64,000 nucleotides of DNA. It comes from an uncultured Candidatus Entotheonella sp. (GTDB lineage: Bacteria > Tectomicrobia > Entotheonellia > Entotheonellales > Entotheonellaceae). The notes under the pieces are model-generated. The model saw only the letters and a program-made list of their open reading frames with translations, had not been told where the DNA came from and did not search any database. A program made the translations under genes and the position numbers. The stretch lies in NCBI GenBank assembly GCA_965215335.1, contig CBDCDA010000001.1, positions 704,001 through 768,000 on the forward strand, read 5' to 3'. Below, in pieces: positions 62,943 to 64,000 of this stretch; the stretch's first letter is position 1; the number at the start of each line of letters is the position of its first letter.

Positions 62943-63839
62943 ATGTTTGACGGCTTTACGCGGACCCGGCTGATGGTCAACGGTGTGGGCATCCATGTGG
63001 TGCATGGCGGCAGCGGGCCGCCGGCGCTGCTGTTGCACGGCTATCCGCAAACCCACGTCGAATGGCACAAAGTGGCACCGTCATTGGCCGAACACTACAC
63101 TCTCGTGGCGCCCGACCTGCGGGGTTACGGCGATAGCGACAAGCCGCCAGCCGCGGCGGGCGACCACAGCGTGTATTGCAAACGCAACATGGCGCAGGAT
63201 CAGGTCGAGGTCATGACAACGCTGGGGTTCGACGCCTTCCACCTCGTCGGACACGACCGCGGCGTACGGGTCGGTCACCGCCTGGCGCTGGACCATCCGG
63301 GGCGCGTGTACAGCCTCACCTCACTCGACGTCGTGCCGTCGCAAGCGGCCTTCGAAGCCATGGACAGTCAGATGGCGTATTCGTGGTTTCACTGGAACCT
63401 GATGCGCCAGCCGTCGCCACTACCGGAAACGCTGATCGGCAACAGCGCCAAGGTGTATCTGGATTTTCTGCTGGCGCAGTGGACCGACGTGAGCGGAGCC
63501 ATCACGCCCGAGGCCTATGCCGAATACCTGCGCTGCTTCGACAATCCCGAGACGATCCGCGCCACTTGTGGGGATTACCGGGCCATCGCACTCGATCTGG
63601 AGCACGACGCCGCCGACCGCGGCCGCAAGCTGGATTGCCCGGTTCTGGTGCTCTGGGGCGCCAACATGGCAAGGCGCCCCGGCTGGCAGACCGGCACCAG
63701 GCTCGACATGCTCGCTACTTGGCGGGAACGCGCCCACAACGTTCGCGGCAAGGGCATCGACTGCGGTCACTTCCTGCCCGAAGAACGCCCGTGCGAAACC
63801 GCGGCAGAACTGCTGGCCTTCTTCGCCGAGCACGACTGA
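62943..63839 (+). CDS. alpha/beta hydrolase, fluoroacetate-dehalogenase-like
   Basis: LLHGYPQTH..W, GHDRGVRV, WFHW, DYRA, CGHFLPEE. Confidence 0.85.
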   Translation: MFDGFTRTRLMVNGVGIHVVHGGSGPPALLLHGYPQTHVEWHKVAPSLAEHYTLVAPDLRGYGDSDKPPAAAGDHSVYCKRNMAQDQVEVMTTLGFDAFHLVGHDRGVRVGHRLALDHPGRVYSLTSLDVVPSQAAFEAMDSQMAYSWFHWNLMRQPSPLPETLIGNSAKVYLDFLLAQWTDVSGAITPEAYAEYLRCFDNPETIRATCGDYRAIALDLEHDAADRGRKLDCPVLVLWGANMARRPGWQTGTRLDMLATWRERAHNVRGKGIDCGHFLPEERPCETAAELLAFFAEHD

Positions 63840-63961
63840 TTCCACCCGATGTCACAGACTCGCCAGCGCCTGGCTCCATCAGGCCGAGTTATGAACATGA
63901 AATGTTCAGGGATGTTGTCAGCGGGGTTGCCGAGGAAATTCTGAATGCGAGAGGGCAGGAT

Positions 63962-64000
63962 CTGGAAGGTGGTGGCGCTGAGTTCGGGCGGGTGCGCCGA
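63962..64000 (+). mobile_element. fragment of a second ISAzo13-type transposase, running off the window
   Basis: 35/39 nt identical to 31137..31175 inside the ISAzo13 transposase. Confidence 0.6.

Overview
GC-rich bacterial chromosome segment. The gene mix (PQQ dehydrogenase, dehalogenases, NHL and FG-GAP proteins, small coiled-coil proteins, Mrp layout) is reminiscent of Tectomicrobia/Entotheonella-like or deltaproteobacterial-like Gram-negatives; this placement is inference only. 1-5.7 kb: Mrp Na+/H+ antiporter operon (minus strand). Then truA, uvrA, a TolC-family protein and a cyclase. 12.7-23 kb: a probably lanthanide-dependent PQQ alcohol dehydrogenase with its binding-protein partner, an LLM oxidoreductase, a haloalkane dehalogenase, two enoyl-CoA hydratases, a DHA2 MFS transporter and DUF350. 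23-35.3 kb is an accessory cell-surface region and holds the most striking feature: two paralogous outer-membrane beta-barrel genes point away from each other around a 2.5-kb segment carrying a tyrosine recombinase and a single candidate promoter plus well-placed RBS. Their first 65 nt (64/65 identical, starting exactly at the ATG) and their last codons plus terminators are near-identical inverted repeats, while the loops in between are highly divergent. This looks like a recombinase-driven invertible switch for porin phase variation. The apparently silent copy is interrupted by an ISAzo13 element. Small membrane-anchored coiled-coil genes flank the locus. 35.4-58.5 kb: ctpA, tsaD, cytochrome c, rnpB, a dcw cluster lacking murD and ddl, then pgeF, yggS, proC and mtnA. 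The end holds DUF1501, DUF1800, an NHL-repeat protein, a fluoroacetate-dehalogenase-like hydrolase and a second ISAzo13 fragment at the window edge.
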